From the human T2T-CHM13v2.0 reference genome, Homo sapiens: a DNA stretch of 64,000 nucleotides. The translations under genes were made by a program, and so were the position numbers. The notes under the pieces were generated by a model, which saw only the letters and a list, made by a program, of their open reading frames with translations, was not told the origin of the DNA and ran no database searches. Position 1 is the stretch's first letter. Each line of letters starts with the position of its first letter. Shown here piece by piece: positions 20,060-36,328 of this stretch. The stretch lies in NCBI RefSeq assembly GCF_009914755.1, contig NC_060934.1; one strand, given 5' to 3'.

Positions 20060-20384
20060 TTAAAGAGTTTTGAAACTCTTTAAAAACTTTTGTGAACCAG
20101 TGATCTCCAAAGTAGAGTGCATAAGACTATTTATCTACTTGGAGTAGGGAGGGGAAACTGAAAATTCTATTTATATGTTTTATCTCACACATATCTATTT
20201 GTTTTTGTATGGTTTATAATGCACAAAAATATTTGGTACAACTGCCAAGGTATATAATTTTGAAATAAATATACCTATAATGGGGGTATATAGTCAACTT
20301 ATTTTAACAAATAAAGAAACTTAATCAAAAAGTTGGAAGATGATTAATTTTTAAAATGTCAATGACTGTAATTTGCTTATGTTA

Positions 20385-20566
<182 letters not shown>

Positions 20567-20694
20567 GCTGTCCCCCTCATCACTAAAGAAGTAGGCCACA
20601 CTGAAACTTTAGAGAACACAGAAAATTAGAACGGAAAAGAATTCCTCATGTTCCCACCATCCAAAGACTGCTACGTTAACATACTGATATGTAA

Positions 20695-21164
<470 letters not shown>

Positions 21165-22099
21165 TAGATGACCATTTTATTAATCCACTGTTGGGCTTTC
21201 AGATGATCAGTTTTCCCTATTAGAGTCATACTGTGAATCACAGTTTTTTGGTACATAGATTTGTTTACTTAGGACATGTCCTCATAGCTGTCCAATGTGT
21301 GAATGCCTCTAGGGCTCTTGAAATCTAGTGCCAAACAGCTTCACCAGATTCCCACCTGAAGTATCTGAGAATGTTGGTTTCTAATTTCTATTACCTTTTC
21401 TAATCGTCAGTGAAATTAGCAAACCCATTGTTTCAACTAGAATTTCCTTAACTGCCAGTGACATTTCATACAGCTTTGTTAACCTGCTTTATTTCTCAGC
21501 TGAGGTTCTTAGGGGGAAAAACATACCAGACTGCAGAAATATACTGGATCTAGGTAGAAGACAGAGACGGGAAAAGCTCGTTAAAAATCTACTATCATAA
21601 CTCCAGGTATGGAAAATGAAAGACAGTGGCAGGAGGTATGAAGAGGAGATGCTAGATTTTAGTTCTTTTAGAAGACAGCATCAAATGAATTTAGTAAACA
21701 ATGGCTCCTAAATGTCTAGGTGCAAAAGTAGAGGTATTTATCTCAGTAACTGGACAAAATACATTGTAAATTTACATGGGAAATACAGAAACAGATTCAA
21801 GGAAGTAAAAGACATTTTTAAGAAGAAAATAATGAATTTGGTTTGGGGACTAATTTAGCTCCAAGTACATGAAAACTTTCTAAGTATCATAAGAGAGATT
21901 CTGGCAAGATATGTATATTTGGGGTTGTTGAGAAATAGATGTGAATTAAAGGCCAGGTAAATGCATCCCATTAAAAAGGAGGCTGAAGGAAGAAAGCTGA
22001 GCCAATCCCAACAAAGAAACTCAGCTAGGAAAAAAGGTGGAGGAGATTAAGAATAGTAACACAAGTAAGAACCAGGAGAGAATGGTGGTATAGAAGGTA

Positions 22100-22310
22100 T
22101 AATTATTATTAAAATAATATTTATGTACAGATGCTATGTGAGGAGCTGCATGTGCATTATTTCATTTAATCCTTAAGAACAATCCTATTTTAAAAGATGC
22201 AGTTATGAACCCCACCTGGTAGACATGGAAACCAAGGCTTAGAACAGTTGCGTAAGTTGGCCAAAGTTACGATGCTAGCATGTGGTGGAGCCAGAGGCAG
22301 GCTTCCTAGA
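22100..22310 (-). mobile_element. MIR
   Basis: tgcattatttcatttaatcct...atggaaaccaaggcttaga. Confidence 0.65.
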
Positions 22311-22667
22311 ACACCGGAGAGTGGGGCACAGTTTCGAATCTGCAGAGACACCAACTAACAGGCAACTGGAAAAACACTGGTGGTCTCTGCCAGGGTGCTG
22401 CTATGATGGTGAATCAAAGAGTAAATGTCAGGAGAAACAGAGACAAGTATACTGTAAAACACTTCAATAAGAAGGAAATGAAATAGTTGCAGCGGGGGGA
22501 GGGCAGGGGATGCTGAGAAAAGGTGTTTGTTGCTGTCACTTTGATTTAAGGATGTGAGTGGTGAATGTGTTTCTGCCTAATAGAAAATTGTTGGCAAAGT
22601 CTATAGATCCTGGAGGAAGTAGAAGGTGATCAAGTTTGTAGAGTGCTCTTTCTTCTCTCCTTCGAGA

Positions 22668-23228
22668 GCACTGGTTCCCAAAGTATGCTCCTGGAGTTCT
22701 GATATTCTTCCCTTGTAATGAAGCATTGCAATAGTACAATAAAAATGCTAATTCCCCAACTCTCACCCCCATTTTCAAATGAGAGAGTACATATAGACAG
22801 AATTTTCTTAATTTAAGTTTTTCACCAAAAGCACTAATTATGCTTGGTCCAGCAACTTGTGTTTTAATTTGGGGATTGGCTGAGGGGTATAGGCATATAA
22901 CCGATATAATAACTCATACTGTCCACTAGTAAAACAGTTCCTTCTTTGTACAATGGGATTAAACATATCAACAAGAATATCACGGCTTCTGCTATATCTG
23001 TCTCTGAACTAGCAGCATTTATCAAAGTGTGTTCTTTGAGGGGTTCCATATTCATGCCCCTCCAGGAGATTCACAGAGCACATTACCATATTAATGCTTT
23101 GAGAATTCTTACAACAAAACAAAACAAAACCACTTAACTTTATTGAGTTCAGTGTTTCCAACCTCTCTAAACATAGAAACCTTCCCTTACGTACTACTAC
23201 CTATGAAAATCTGAAAAACACTTTAGCA
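22668..23228. mobile_element. Probable hAT-Charlie DNA transposon remnant
   Basis: cactggttcccaaagtatgctcc start, internal cagtgtttccaac, aaacacttt end. Confidence 0.4.
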
Positions 23229-24345
23229 AAAGTTGGCCCAGAAAAATCTTAACCACAAATCTCATAATAACAAGAAGTGCTTACAGACCATTCTCCTCTG
23301 CAAGAGACTCTCTCCTTCCTTCGCACTCAAAGCACCCACTCTCCAATAATTCACTTGGCAATTCACCATGCAATTCCTTACAGCTATTATATTTAAGGAT
23401 TAATTTTTATTTAAACCTTGTGTCCTCAACTACATCGTGAGTTCCTGACCTCAGAATTGTGTCTGTTCTTGCGAGAGCTTGGCAATACTACTGACTGGTG
23501 CACAGTGAGTGAGAGAAAGCGTGTGCGGACATTTCCCGTTTTCATTTGCATTCTGAGTAACTTATGATAAAGCGAAGTTTTGTAAACACCACTTTTCCAT
23601 TGGCTAACTACAATTGAATTTCATGTTTTTTCACAGTCTAACAATGTCCACTTTTAGTCACCTCTGGCAGTATCATTTCCCCACTATCAAGCCTGTATTT
23701 GAAGCAGAAGCACCTCCGTGAAATAACTGGGTAACATGGGTTGGGAGAACCACTAACACATAGTTTGTTCATACTTCTAGGGTTAGAGAGGAAGGGAAGC
23801 CATCTGGTAACAGGCCCCTGTTATTTCCCAGGGTGATCTTTAAAAAACTCACCATGGTCCAAGGTAAAACTTCTTAAGGCAAAATCAAAGAAACACAGGC
23901 TATGGCAGCACTTGCTAGTATCAGAGTATTGATGGAAACTTGCAGACGCCACACATTTGGACCCAAGCACCTAAAGAAGCATATCCTATGTGGCACCACA
24001 CCCGGACTCATGGCAGCCAATGATGTTTCTTTTGGAAACACCAGTGAAGGCTCTGGCTGTCTTGACCCTGGAGAATGATTTCTACCTTAGAAAAGCAAAA
24101 AGTGCTGTTCCCGCAATGGGGGAACAAGGTAGCAGGAACAGCTCACCTCCCAACCAGAATATCACTGATCAATTTCAAGCTTCGTTAAGTAAATCACATT
24201 TCAAAAATTTAGAATGCCGTAAATTCTAAACTGTTATACCACTATCAAATTTCAAGAATATGCTTACCAACAATTACATTCTTAAAGAATCCTCACTCAA
24301 CGTATAAGAATATAAATATTTCAAAATAAATGCTTAAATACATAC

Positions 24346-24454
24346 ATGAAATCTGAAATCCCCCCTCAGCATGGAACAAAGATCCTCTGCTACATCAGAC
24401 ATGCAGGGATGCAATGTAGCAACCAATCTTGCATAAAATGGTAGCAAATCCAAC
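24346..24454 (-). CDS. UPF2: UPF2 coding exon F (109 nt, phase 2 to 0): (R)LDLLPFYARLVATLHPCMSDVAEDLCSMLRGDFRFH, MIF4G-2
   Basis: Read manually; acceptor aactttttgcag|GTTG, donor TCAT|gtatgt. Confidence 0.96.
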
Positions 24455-24912
24455 CTGCAAAAGTTATATGTGATATGTGTCAAAGGAAAGACATATCAAA
24501 AATAATTCATTTTAAAATTTAAACTTTTCAGATGTATTCACACATTAAATGATCTTAAAACTCATAATCATACAGACATGCCTATTTATTGCCATCATAA
24601 AAAAGTGTTTGAAAATTCAATGAGCCTTCTACAATTTTATTAATATTCTGGCATTTTCCATTCCGTGAATTTACTGCACATCTGTAGTTTTATTATGTAA
24701 TTTTGATGAAATATGAAACACCACACACAAAAAAACAGTATGTTTTGACACGACTTAAATTTTTAATCACATAATTACTGAGTAACTGCATATTTACAAA
24801 TCTCAAGGTAACTTCTCTAGTGCAAGACAAAATCCTTTAAAGCCATTTCCTTCATTTATCTCAGGGTAAGTTATTTGGAAACCTCAAGGTCTAAAGTAAA
24901 AAGGTAATCAAT

Positions 24913-25220
<308 letters not shown>

Positions 25221-25752
25221 TCAATAACTGAAAAAACCTCTACGAAGGCAAAATAATATTACAAAATCTAAATACTAATTTATGTATTTCAACTCATTAC
25301 AGAACCCACTCAGATCTTCATTCAGGATCTTAATTTGGACAGTAAATGGCAAATATGTGGCACTCACACTGCCACCCTCTTCCATTGTCAAAGCACTCTT
25401 TCCCATTACACAGGAATGATGCTCCAGAATCCTGCCTAGCACAGCACTCCAGGTGGCCACTACTAGTTGGAATCAACACACAAGCTAAAATTTATTTTCC
25501 ATTCCTGCCATAGATGTTATTTTGTAAAACCTGATTAATCAATGATTCAACACTCAGCAGATCAGACTCTGAAGATGAGAAGTAATGAGCAACTGATAAA
25601 AGCAGCTTAACTGACAGCAGCAAATAATGGAGCTGACAGTGAGAGAGGAAGCTAAAAACTATAAAATTACAAGAGCTTAAAAATTATGACAGCTTGAAGC
25701 CAATTAGAACAGACACAAATAATCATACGAGTCTTAATTATCGCTGAGTGGA

Positions 25753-26028
<276 letters not shown>

Positions 26029-26139
26029 AGATTATTGCTGAGCACATCACTGTACCATACAATAATATATGAAAATGTTTGATGGTCAGGGAAAAAAACA
26101 CATAATTCGATCTGGAAAGCTCCTCAGATGGATACATTA

Positions 26140-26470
<331 letters not shown>

Positions 26471-26968
26471 TTGAAATAAAGAAGAAAGGTAAGGTTAAAT
26501 GGAGGAAACTGGCTAAATTCATACCTAAAAGCCTCAAAAACATGGTACTCCTCAAAAACTTGGGCTATTATAATTTCTAAGCAAATTAGTTTTTACTAAT
26601 GTGCTGGGCCCTGTCCTAGGCCTCTTACATATATAACTCAACTTGTTAAACCTAATAACCACTCTATAAGGTGGATATTACACTCACCATTGCAGAAATA
26701 AGGGAACAGATGCTGAGAGAAGTCAGCAATATGATAGCTTTGTAGTATTACCGCAATAATTTTTTAAAATAAACCATATCTTTCTTTAAAGAAACAGCGA
26801 AAACTACAATCCATTATATAAAAACATTTAATGATAAAATTTAAATGTTGATTTAAAATATTTTTAAGGTTTTATCAATTAAAGTCTAAGCTGCTGTCAC
26901 ATGGAAAATGCACATAAGTAGGTCCCACCACTCTCTAAAGATATTACAAAAATAAGGTGTTCTTGTAA

Positions 26969-27271
<303 letters not shown>

Positions 27272-27924
27272 CCTATAAGTTACGCTTATAAACATGTAAT
27301 AATTTCCCTACTGTTCCTACTATTAAAAAAAAAAAAAGCCTGGAGCAAATGAATATTTAATGTTCTTACATAACAGATTAATTTACACTGAGATTAAATT
27401 TACAAATTTTAGTTAGAATATTAAGGTTATTCATTTTCCACATCCATTTTAACAAATAAAGTATTCTTTTTCAGCTCATGATCAATTATCAAATTCAAAT
27501 ATAGGATTTAAATCTATGCGGAGGTTCTTTTGCTGCCATTGCCACAATTTCAGGTCAGAAAAGTACAGGTACAACAGCAAAGGTAACAAGATGGCAAAGC
27601 AACGCACTGGGAGTGAGGAGACCCAGGTATAAACTCTACAGCAGCAAACAGCATCTCCATGACCTCAGGGACTGATCCACCCTCTTCTCCCATACCTCCC
27701 AGCTTGCCTGCACCAGGCCCACTGGCTCCTCACTGATGCTCTGACTCAGGGCCTATGCAATGGTCCTTGCCTTGGGCTGGAATATGCTTTCCCTAAACAT
27801 CCATACTGTTTACTCCCTCCCTAAAGGGAGTCCCAGTCTCCCTGTTTTGACCCGTTCCGAATACTCCAAGGAAACTGCACCTAACCCATCATATCCCTCC
27901 CAATCCCCTTACAAAGCACTTTGG

Positions 27925-28209
<285 letters not shown>

Positions 28210-28660
28210 TACCTGCACTACTTTTAAAAATGGAATTTACCACTTAACATAGTAAATAATTGATTTGTTATGGTTAACTCATTTGTTACCCCTACCCACC
28301 AAAATTGTTCAGTTCCGTGGCAGACAGTTCACCAGCACTCAAACAGTGCCTGGAACATAGGCAGGTGCTCAATATATACATTTGTTAGATAAATGAATTA
28401 TCTCTGGTAACTCACTCTTAAGTATACTGTTAGCATTTAGTCTAAGACATTCTTCCCCATATTAAGGAAGTAGCATCTTATTGTTGTAATAACATTACAT
28501 TTTATCAAGCAAAAGCTAATTTATCAAATATCTTTTAGCAGTTAATGGGACATTCACATAGTTACTTACTCTCCTACTGATGTTATATATATTAATAGAT
28601 TTCCTATGTTAGAGTATCCTTCCATTCCTAAGATCAATCTTCTTTGGTCATGCTGGATTC

Positions 28661-28960
28661 TTATTTACTTATTTTTTTTTAGATGGAGTCTCGCTCTGCC
28701 GCCCAGGCTGGAGTGCAGTGGCATGATCTCGGCTCACTGCAAGTTCCGCCTCCTGGGTTCACGCCATTCTCCTGTCTCAGCCTCCTGAGTAGCTGGGACT
28801 ACCAGCGCGTGCTATCATGCCCAGCTAATTTTTTGTATTTTTAGTAGAGACGGGGTTTCACTGTATTAGCCAGGATGGTTTCGATCTCCTGAACTCGTGA
28901 TCCACCTGCTTCAGCCTCCCAAAGTGCTGGGATTACAGGCATGAGCCACCGTGCCCGGCC
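28661..28960 (-). mobile_element. AluY-like
   Basis: Full dimer, TSD tggattcttattt. Confidence 0.9.
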
Positions 28961-29161
28961 TTGGATTCTTATTTTTAATATACTATGTATTAAATATGAT
29001 TTGCTAGTGTTTTACTTGGAATTTTTTTATTGACACTCAAAAGTGAGATTGGTCAATGCTTGTGATTTTCTTGTTCCTTCTTCTTAGAATTTTTAATATA
29101 TGAAATAACACGTTTTCTATGCTCTGGAACAAGCGATATTATTTCTTCCTTAAAAGGCTAA

Positions 29162-29507
<346 letters not shown>

Positions 29508-29882
29508 TCAATTAATAACTTTTAACGCTTTCTTCCATGATTACCGTTCTATGTGGGTATTTTATCTTGAAGGAATTTTGAAAATGTGTATATTTTTCAA
29601 AAAATTATGTTTCACTGAGATTTTCAAGTGGTTTTAAAATATTTTAAGCGTATCATCTGCTCATTTCTTAAACTTTTTAATGTTCTTTTTCTTTAAAATA
29701 TATTTTCTACACACTTCTCTATTTTGATTTTTCCAGGAACCAGATCTTGAATTTCTAAAACTTTTATCTTAGTTGTCTTTTTCAATGTATTTTTCAACAA
29801 AGTTTGTGATAAAACAGCATCAAATATTCTTAAACTATGTCATTTCACTTTTCTTCTTTTTTTCCTTCCTCGTGCTACCTAG

Positions 29883-30314
<432 letters not shown>

Positions 30315-30644
30315 TAAAGCAAGACAGTTTTGTGCTACCTGTTCAGGCACAGATCAATGAAGTAACAACACGGGAAAATGCTTTCAGCTTTAATAGGGAT
30401 TTTTAAAATGAGTTAAGGAAGTTATGAGTTAAGGAGTTATGGAAGTAAAGTTAGATACTCCATTTTCTCGGAATCCTCTACCCCTATAAAAAGGACAGTT
30501 GATACAAAATACCACCCTGCTCTATTTAAATCTTGAAGTCCTGTGTCTGTTCATCCATTACTTCACAAAATAAAATCCTTTATGTTGTAAATAATCAATT
30601 ATATAGTTATTCAACGTTAGTCCTGCTTAAGAATGCTTTCTGCT

Positions 30645-30943
30645 GGCCGGGTGCAGTGGCTCACGCCTGTAATCCCAGCACTTTGGGAGGCAGAGGCTGG
30701 CGGATCACGAGGTCAGGAGATGGAGACCATCCTGGCTAATACGGTGAAACCCTGTCTCTACTAAAAATACAAAAAATTAGCTGGGCGTGGTGGAGGGCGC
30801 CTGTAGTCCCAGCTACTCGGGAGGCTGAGGCAGGAGAATGGCGTGAACCCGGGAGGCGGAGCTTGCGCCACTGCACTCCAGCCTGGGCGACACAGCAAGA
30901 GTCCGTCTCCAAAAAAAAAAAAAAACAAACAAACAAAAAAAAA
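30645..30943 (+). mobile_element. AluY with short right-arm deletion
   Basis: gaatggcgtgaacccgggaggcggagcttgc; TSD aagaatgctttct. Confidence 0.9.
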
Positions 30944-31010
30944 GAATGCTTTCTTCGTGTTCTGTCTTCCAAAGGGCACACAAGCTCAAAAATGGGATGG
31001 AGTGCAAAAT

Positions 31011-31052
31011 GTCACATCAGTCACATTAAAGTCACATCAGTCACATTAAAGT
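31011..31052 (+). repeat. Perfect 20-bp tandem duplication
   Basis: gtcacatcagtcacattaaa x2. Confidence 0.95.
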
Positions 31053-31165
31053 TATTAATAACACAAAATAAAATATTTTCATCAACTGCAAATTTGTGCT
31101 AAAATTTAAGCCAGATGGGTATTTCATCTAATTTGAGTGTTGAAAAGCAACTGAAAAATAATTAG

Positions 31166-31472
<307 letters not shown>

Positions 31473-32069
31473 TAGATCCTTCCTTTGAAAACGGAATTCT
31501 ATAATCTCATAAGATGGCGAAAATTACGTTTACCAACAATGAACGATGAATCACTTTAAAAGAATGCTATTTTCCCTTAAATAATAAAATCTTGTTTATG
31601 TTTTTAAGGTCTCCTGAATCACACATTTAAGTATCCTACCAGCAGTTAATGATTATCAAGTCAGTAAACAGTCACTAACTACAAGCAAGCAGAAACAAGA
31701 GCAGAAACATACAAACACTTTTGTTATTGAGAGGGAAAGAAGAAATTCTTATGGGTTTTCATCTCCTAATCAATTGGCTTTCTAAAAGAAATGTCTAGCT
31801 CTCTTTTTCTCTTTAAAATCTGAAGAATTTGACTGTTGAAAGCTATTTAATTTTATCTCTGTGCTCAAAAATGCCTGGAAAAAAATGAATGTGAAAGAAC
31901 GCTGTTACGGTGCAATTAAAGAATACAAAGGATTTCATAGGAAACACTAAAGCAGAAGATGATTCCTAAAAAATGAAATATAATAAGCAAAAGACTGGGG
32001 TCATTTACTCTGAAATCGACAACCAAATGCCCTGTTGACTTTTCCACAATGCTGCTGTTTCCAACACAA

Positions 32070-32090
32070 CAGCGCCACCAGGTGGTGCAA
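32070..32090. promoter_or_regulatory. Candidate CTCF binding motif (near-palindromic)
   Basis: cagcgCCACCAGGTGGTGCaa matches CCASYAGRKGGCRS with one mismatch; the reverse strand reads CCACCTGGTGGCGCTG. Confidence 0.6.
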
Positions 32091-32476
32091 CATACTAACA
32101 GATTTCACGGAAACATTCTCTCACAGTTCCAAATTGAGTGAAGGAGGAGGTCCAATCAGAAAATCTCTTACAAAAAGTCCAGCAAACTCTCCTAAAAGCT
32201 AGATAGGGAAAAGCTGTTCAAGAATCAAGGGCAGCACTTCACCTCTGAAGAGTATTCTGTTTACATGAATCTAAAGAGCCAACACTTGGCTAAAACAATA
32301 CCAAGTGCATCTATACTTTAAACATAAGGAAAGAAGAGATTCTTACGTACTTTCCCTGATACTGATTGACTTTAAACTTAAATATTGGCTTAGGTGAGGG
32401 GCCTTCTGAGGTGCTGGGAATGTCATATATCTTGATCGGAGTGATGGACACATATGTATACTTTAGATATAAACAC

Positions 32477-32633
32477 CTCAGGAAGAAGAGTTAGTGGAGG
32501 CTGGGTTTAACACCTAGGTGATGAGATGATCTGCGCAGCAAACCACCACGGTACATGTTTACCTATGCAACAAACCTGCACAGCCTGCACATGGACCCTT
32601 GCACTTAAACTTTAAAAGTTGAAGACAAAAAAA
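32477..32633 (+). mobile_element. Short old L1PA/L1PB 3' end insertion
   Basis: cagcaaaccaccacggtacatgtttacctatg-type L1 3'UTR; TSD agatataaacac on both sides. Confidence 0.8.
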
Positions 32634-32763
32634 GATATAAACACTTAATGTGAAATCTCAATTAGTTGTGTGTATAGCTATGTTATAATTACCTATAAAA
32701 TAAAATGCAAATATCTAAGGGGATTTCTACATCTCAGTGGAGTCCAAATTAATAGGCTAAGAG

Positions 32764-33130
<367 letters not shown>

Positions 33131-33189
33131 TTAATGAAGGAAGAATGCAACTGAAAGTTAAAACACTGCTTCAGATCAAACCTTTAAGA

Positions 33190-33470
33190 ACTGTAAAGAT
33201 GAACTACATCAAACTTTAAAAACTGTGCTGCAAATTATACTACCAAGCAAGTGAAAAGACAACTCAGAGGATGGGAGAAAATACTTCCAAATTATGTATC
33301 TGATAAGAGATGTGTGCCTAGAATATATAAATAACTCTTAGAACTCATTCATAAAAAGACAAATACAATTTTACAGGGGCAAAGGCTGTGAATAGATACT
33401 TCTCCAAAGAAGATATGCAAATGGCCACTAAGCACATGAAAAGATGCTCAACGTCATATGTCATTAGGGA
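33190..33470 (+). mobile_element. L1M ORF2 3' fragment
   Basis: gaatagatacttctccaaagaagatatgcaaatggccactaagcacatgaaaagatgctcaac. Confidence 0.75.
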
Positions 33471-33473
33471 CGT

Positions 33474-33600
33474 TGTCCCTAGGTATCCATGAGGGACTGG
33501 TTCCAGGAACTACTACCCCCACCCAAAAGATACCAAATTACTTATAATGCCTAACACAATGTAAATGCTATATAAATAGTTGTTATGCTGTGTTTATTTT
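33474..33600 (+). mobile_element. MER2/Tigger fragment
   Basis: gtccctaggtatccatgagggactggttccagga; acaatgtaaatgctatataaatagttgttat. Confidence 0.65.
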
Positions 33601-33609
33601 TGTAATTTT

Positions 33610-33871
33610 TGTAATTTTCTTAGAGACAGAGTCTCACTGTCACCCAGGCTGGAGTGCAGTGGTGAGACCAGAGTGCACGAACTTCAAATTCCTGGGCTCA
33701 ACTGATCCTCCCACCTTAGCCTCCCAAGTAGATGGAACTACAGGCACATGCCACTATGCCTGGCTTATTTTTTGTAGAGGATGGGGTCTCACTATGTTGT
33801 CTAGGCCGGTCTCAGACTCCTGGCTTTAGGCCATCCTCCTGCCTTGGTCTCCAAAAGTGTTGGGATTACAG
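33610..33871 (-). mobile_element. AluJ, 5'-truncated
   Basis: Dimer ending at gggattacag. Confidence 0.85.
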
Positions 33872-34626
33872 GAGGGAGGAAGGAGCATGCCAGGGAGGAG
33901 GACGAGAATCTGACTGAAGGAGTCTCAAACAGGCTGGGTGAGTATGGGTGCAGGACGAGGCCAGGATGCCAAAAGGTGATAGTATTTCCTTGCCCCCTCT
34001 CCCAAAGTGTTCCAGCCTGCCCCAAGTGTTCCAAAGACTCAAAGTAACTTGCTACCTCCAATACCACTTCACTGCCTGCTTACTCTACACTCAACTCTCT
34101 TTACTCCCCTTATCTCCTCGCTTGAGGGCTATCAGACATCACTGTCACTCAAAGGATAGAGAAAGCTGTGTGAATATATGGGGTCTGGAAGAATCAGAAA
34201 TGGGATGACAGGGAATTGACTGGCACTTGATTACTATCTTTCTACTCCAGGCTCCCTAGGGATCAAGCCGTCCCCCTCAGGGATAAGCCAAATCCTGCAG
34301 GTAGGGTAGAAATGCACCTGGAAGTGAAGGACAAAATAAGACCTTCAAAATGAAAGGCTTTTTTGATCAATAAAAATATACAGCCAACCAGGAAATGTCA
34401 ACCTGGTCCAAGTCCCTCCCTATTACCTCATTTTACAGATCTGTAAACAGAGGCATTGGCTTTCCAAATCCCACAGTAATGAACTTTAAAAAGATTGAGA
34501 AAGTTTAATTTAAACCTGAAAAGACTACACAGAATACTATTAACATGAGAAATGTATAAAAATTAGAAATCTACTTGAACAAATTATAGCTCAATTGATT
34601 AAAATCTATATAAAATATGAAAATGT

Positions 34627-34756
34627 GCCAGGCATAGTGGCACATGCCTGTAATCCTAGCTACTCAGGAGACAGAAGCAGGAGGATTGCTTGAGGCCAGG
34701 AGTTCAAGAGCAGCCTGGGCAACATAGCAAGACCTTGTCTCTTAAAAAATAAATGA
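34627..34756 (+). mobile_element. FLAM/FAM-like Alu monomer
   Basis: Single arm. Confidence 0.8.
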
Positions 34757-35733
34757 ATAGAAATGTAAAGAGTAACAGTCAAAGCTATGTATAAATTACA
34801 TCTTTCAAAAGACTGTCCTCTACCAGCCAAACCATGAGTATTTCTTTTATTGTTTTCAACAAGGTAACTTACTAGAGAAATATTAACACAAGTCTACTGA
34901 CTGAAAACAAATCCCTGTGAGTATTTCCGTAGCAAGGGACACAATGTTACCCCAATGCTTCACATGCTTCCCTACATTTTCTAAATGCTCTTGTTGTCCT
35001 AGACAATGAGCTAAGAACAAAAATGACTTGGCACTTCTTGTCCAAAGTATCTAGGACTAAGCTGAGTTCACACGCTTGTCTCCCATGCCACGGCCACCTA
35101 GAAGCCATGCTAGTGACGTAGATGAAAGTGGTCTGGATCCTTGAGTCACCTCCTGAAAGGGTAGTCTAGGGAGCCCACCAAACCCAGAGGACTTCGAGAA
35201 CCTCAGATTTCAGAGGTATGTTGTTCCTCCAACATCCCTAACCTATCCTGGCTTATCCATTTTCTCAGGAAAAGTAATGGCTCACACCAATAAAGCTGAA
35301 AATAGTTTTTCAGTTATAGGAAGCTAGAATGATATTAATGTAAGAAAACATGAACTTCGAAAAAAAAGTCTGGCTGAAGCCACCCAATCTGTCCAGATTT
35401 GCTTCAAGGTAAATTACAGCAGGATAAGCAAATGAAAAGAAAAGGGAAAGCTGGCCCAAACAGGGCAGATCTTCAAATATGCCATCAACATGCTTCTTTC
35501 AATGATAAACACATATTGTTTCTCTATAGTTTGACCACTTATCCTCAAGTTCTACCTTTCAATGATAAACCCATATTCCTGACATACAACAAATGCTTAG
35601 CATCTGGAAAGGCAGGGCAAAGACTAAGCAAAAGCTCCATGAGGAAATGCAATGCCCATGCAGAACAGGGAAACGGCCCCCAAAGCAACCAACATCAGAA
35701 ACAATAGCAAAAATATGTCCTTAAAAAGGGTTA

Positions 35734-36328
<595 letters not shown>

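Noticed and set aside
22494-22510. G-rich run as a possible G-quadruplex
   Set aside because: Only three separated G-tracts; does not meet the canonical four-tract pattern.
23544-23551. Octamer ATTTGCAT in unique intron sequence
   Set aside because: A single 8-mer is expected by chance in 64 kb of AT-rich DNA; no PSE, snRNA or adjacent SOX motif was recognised.
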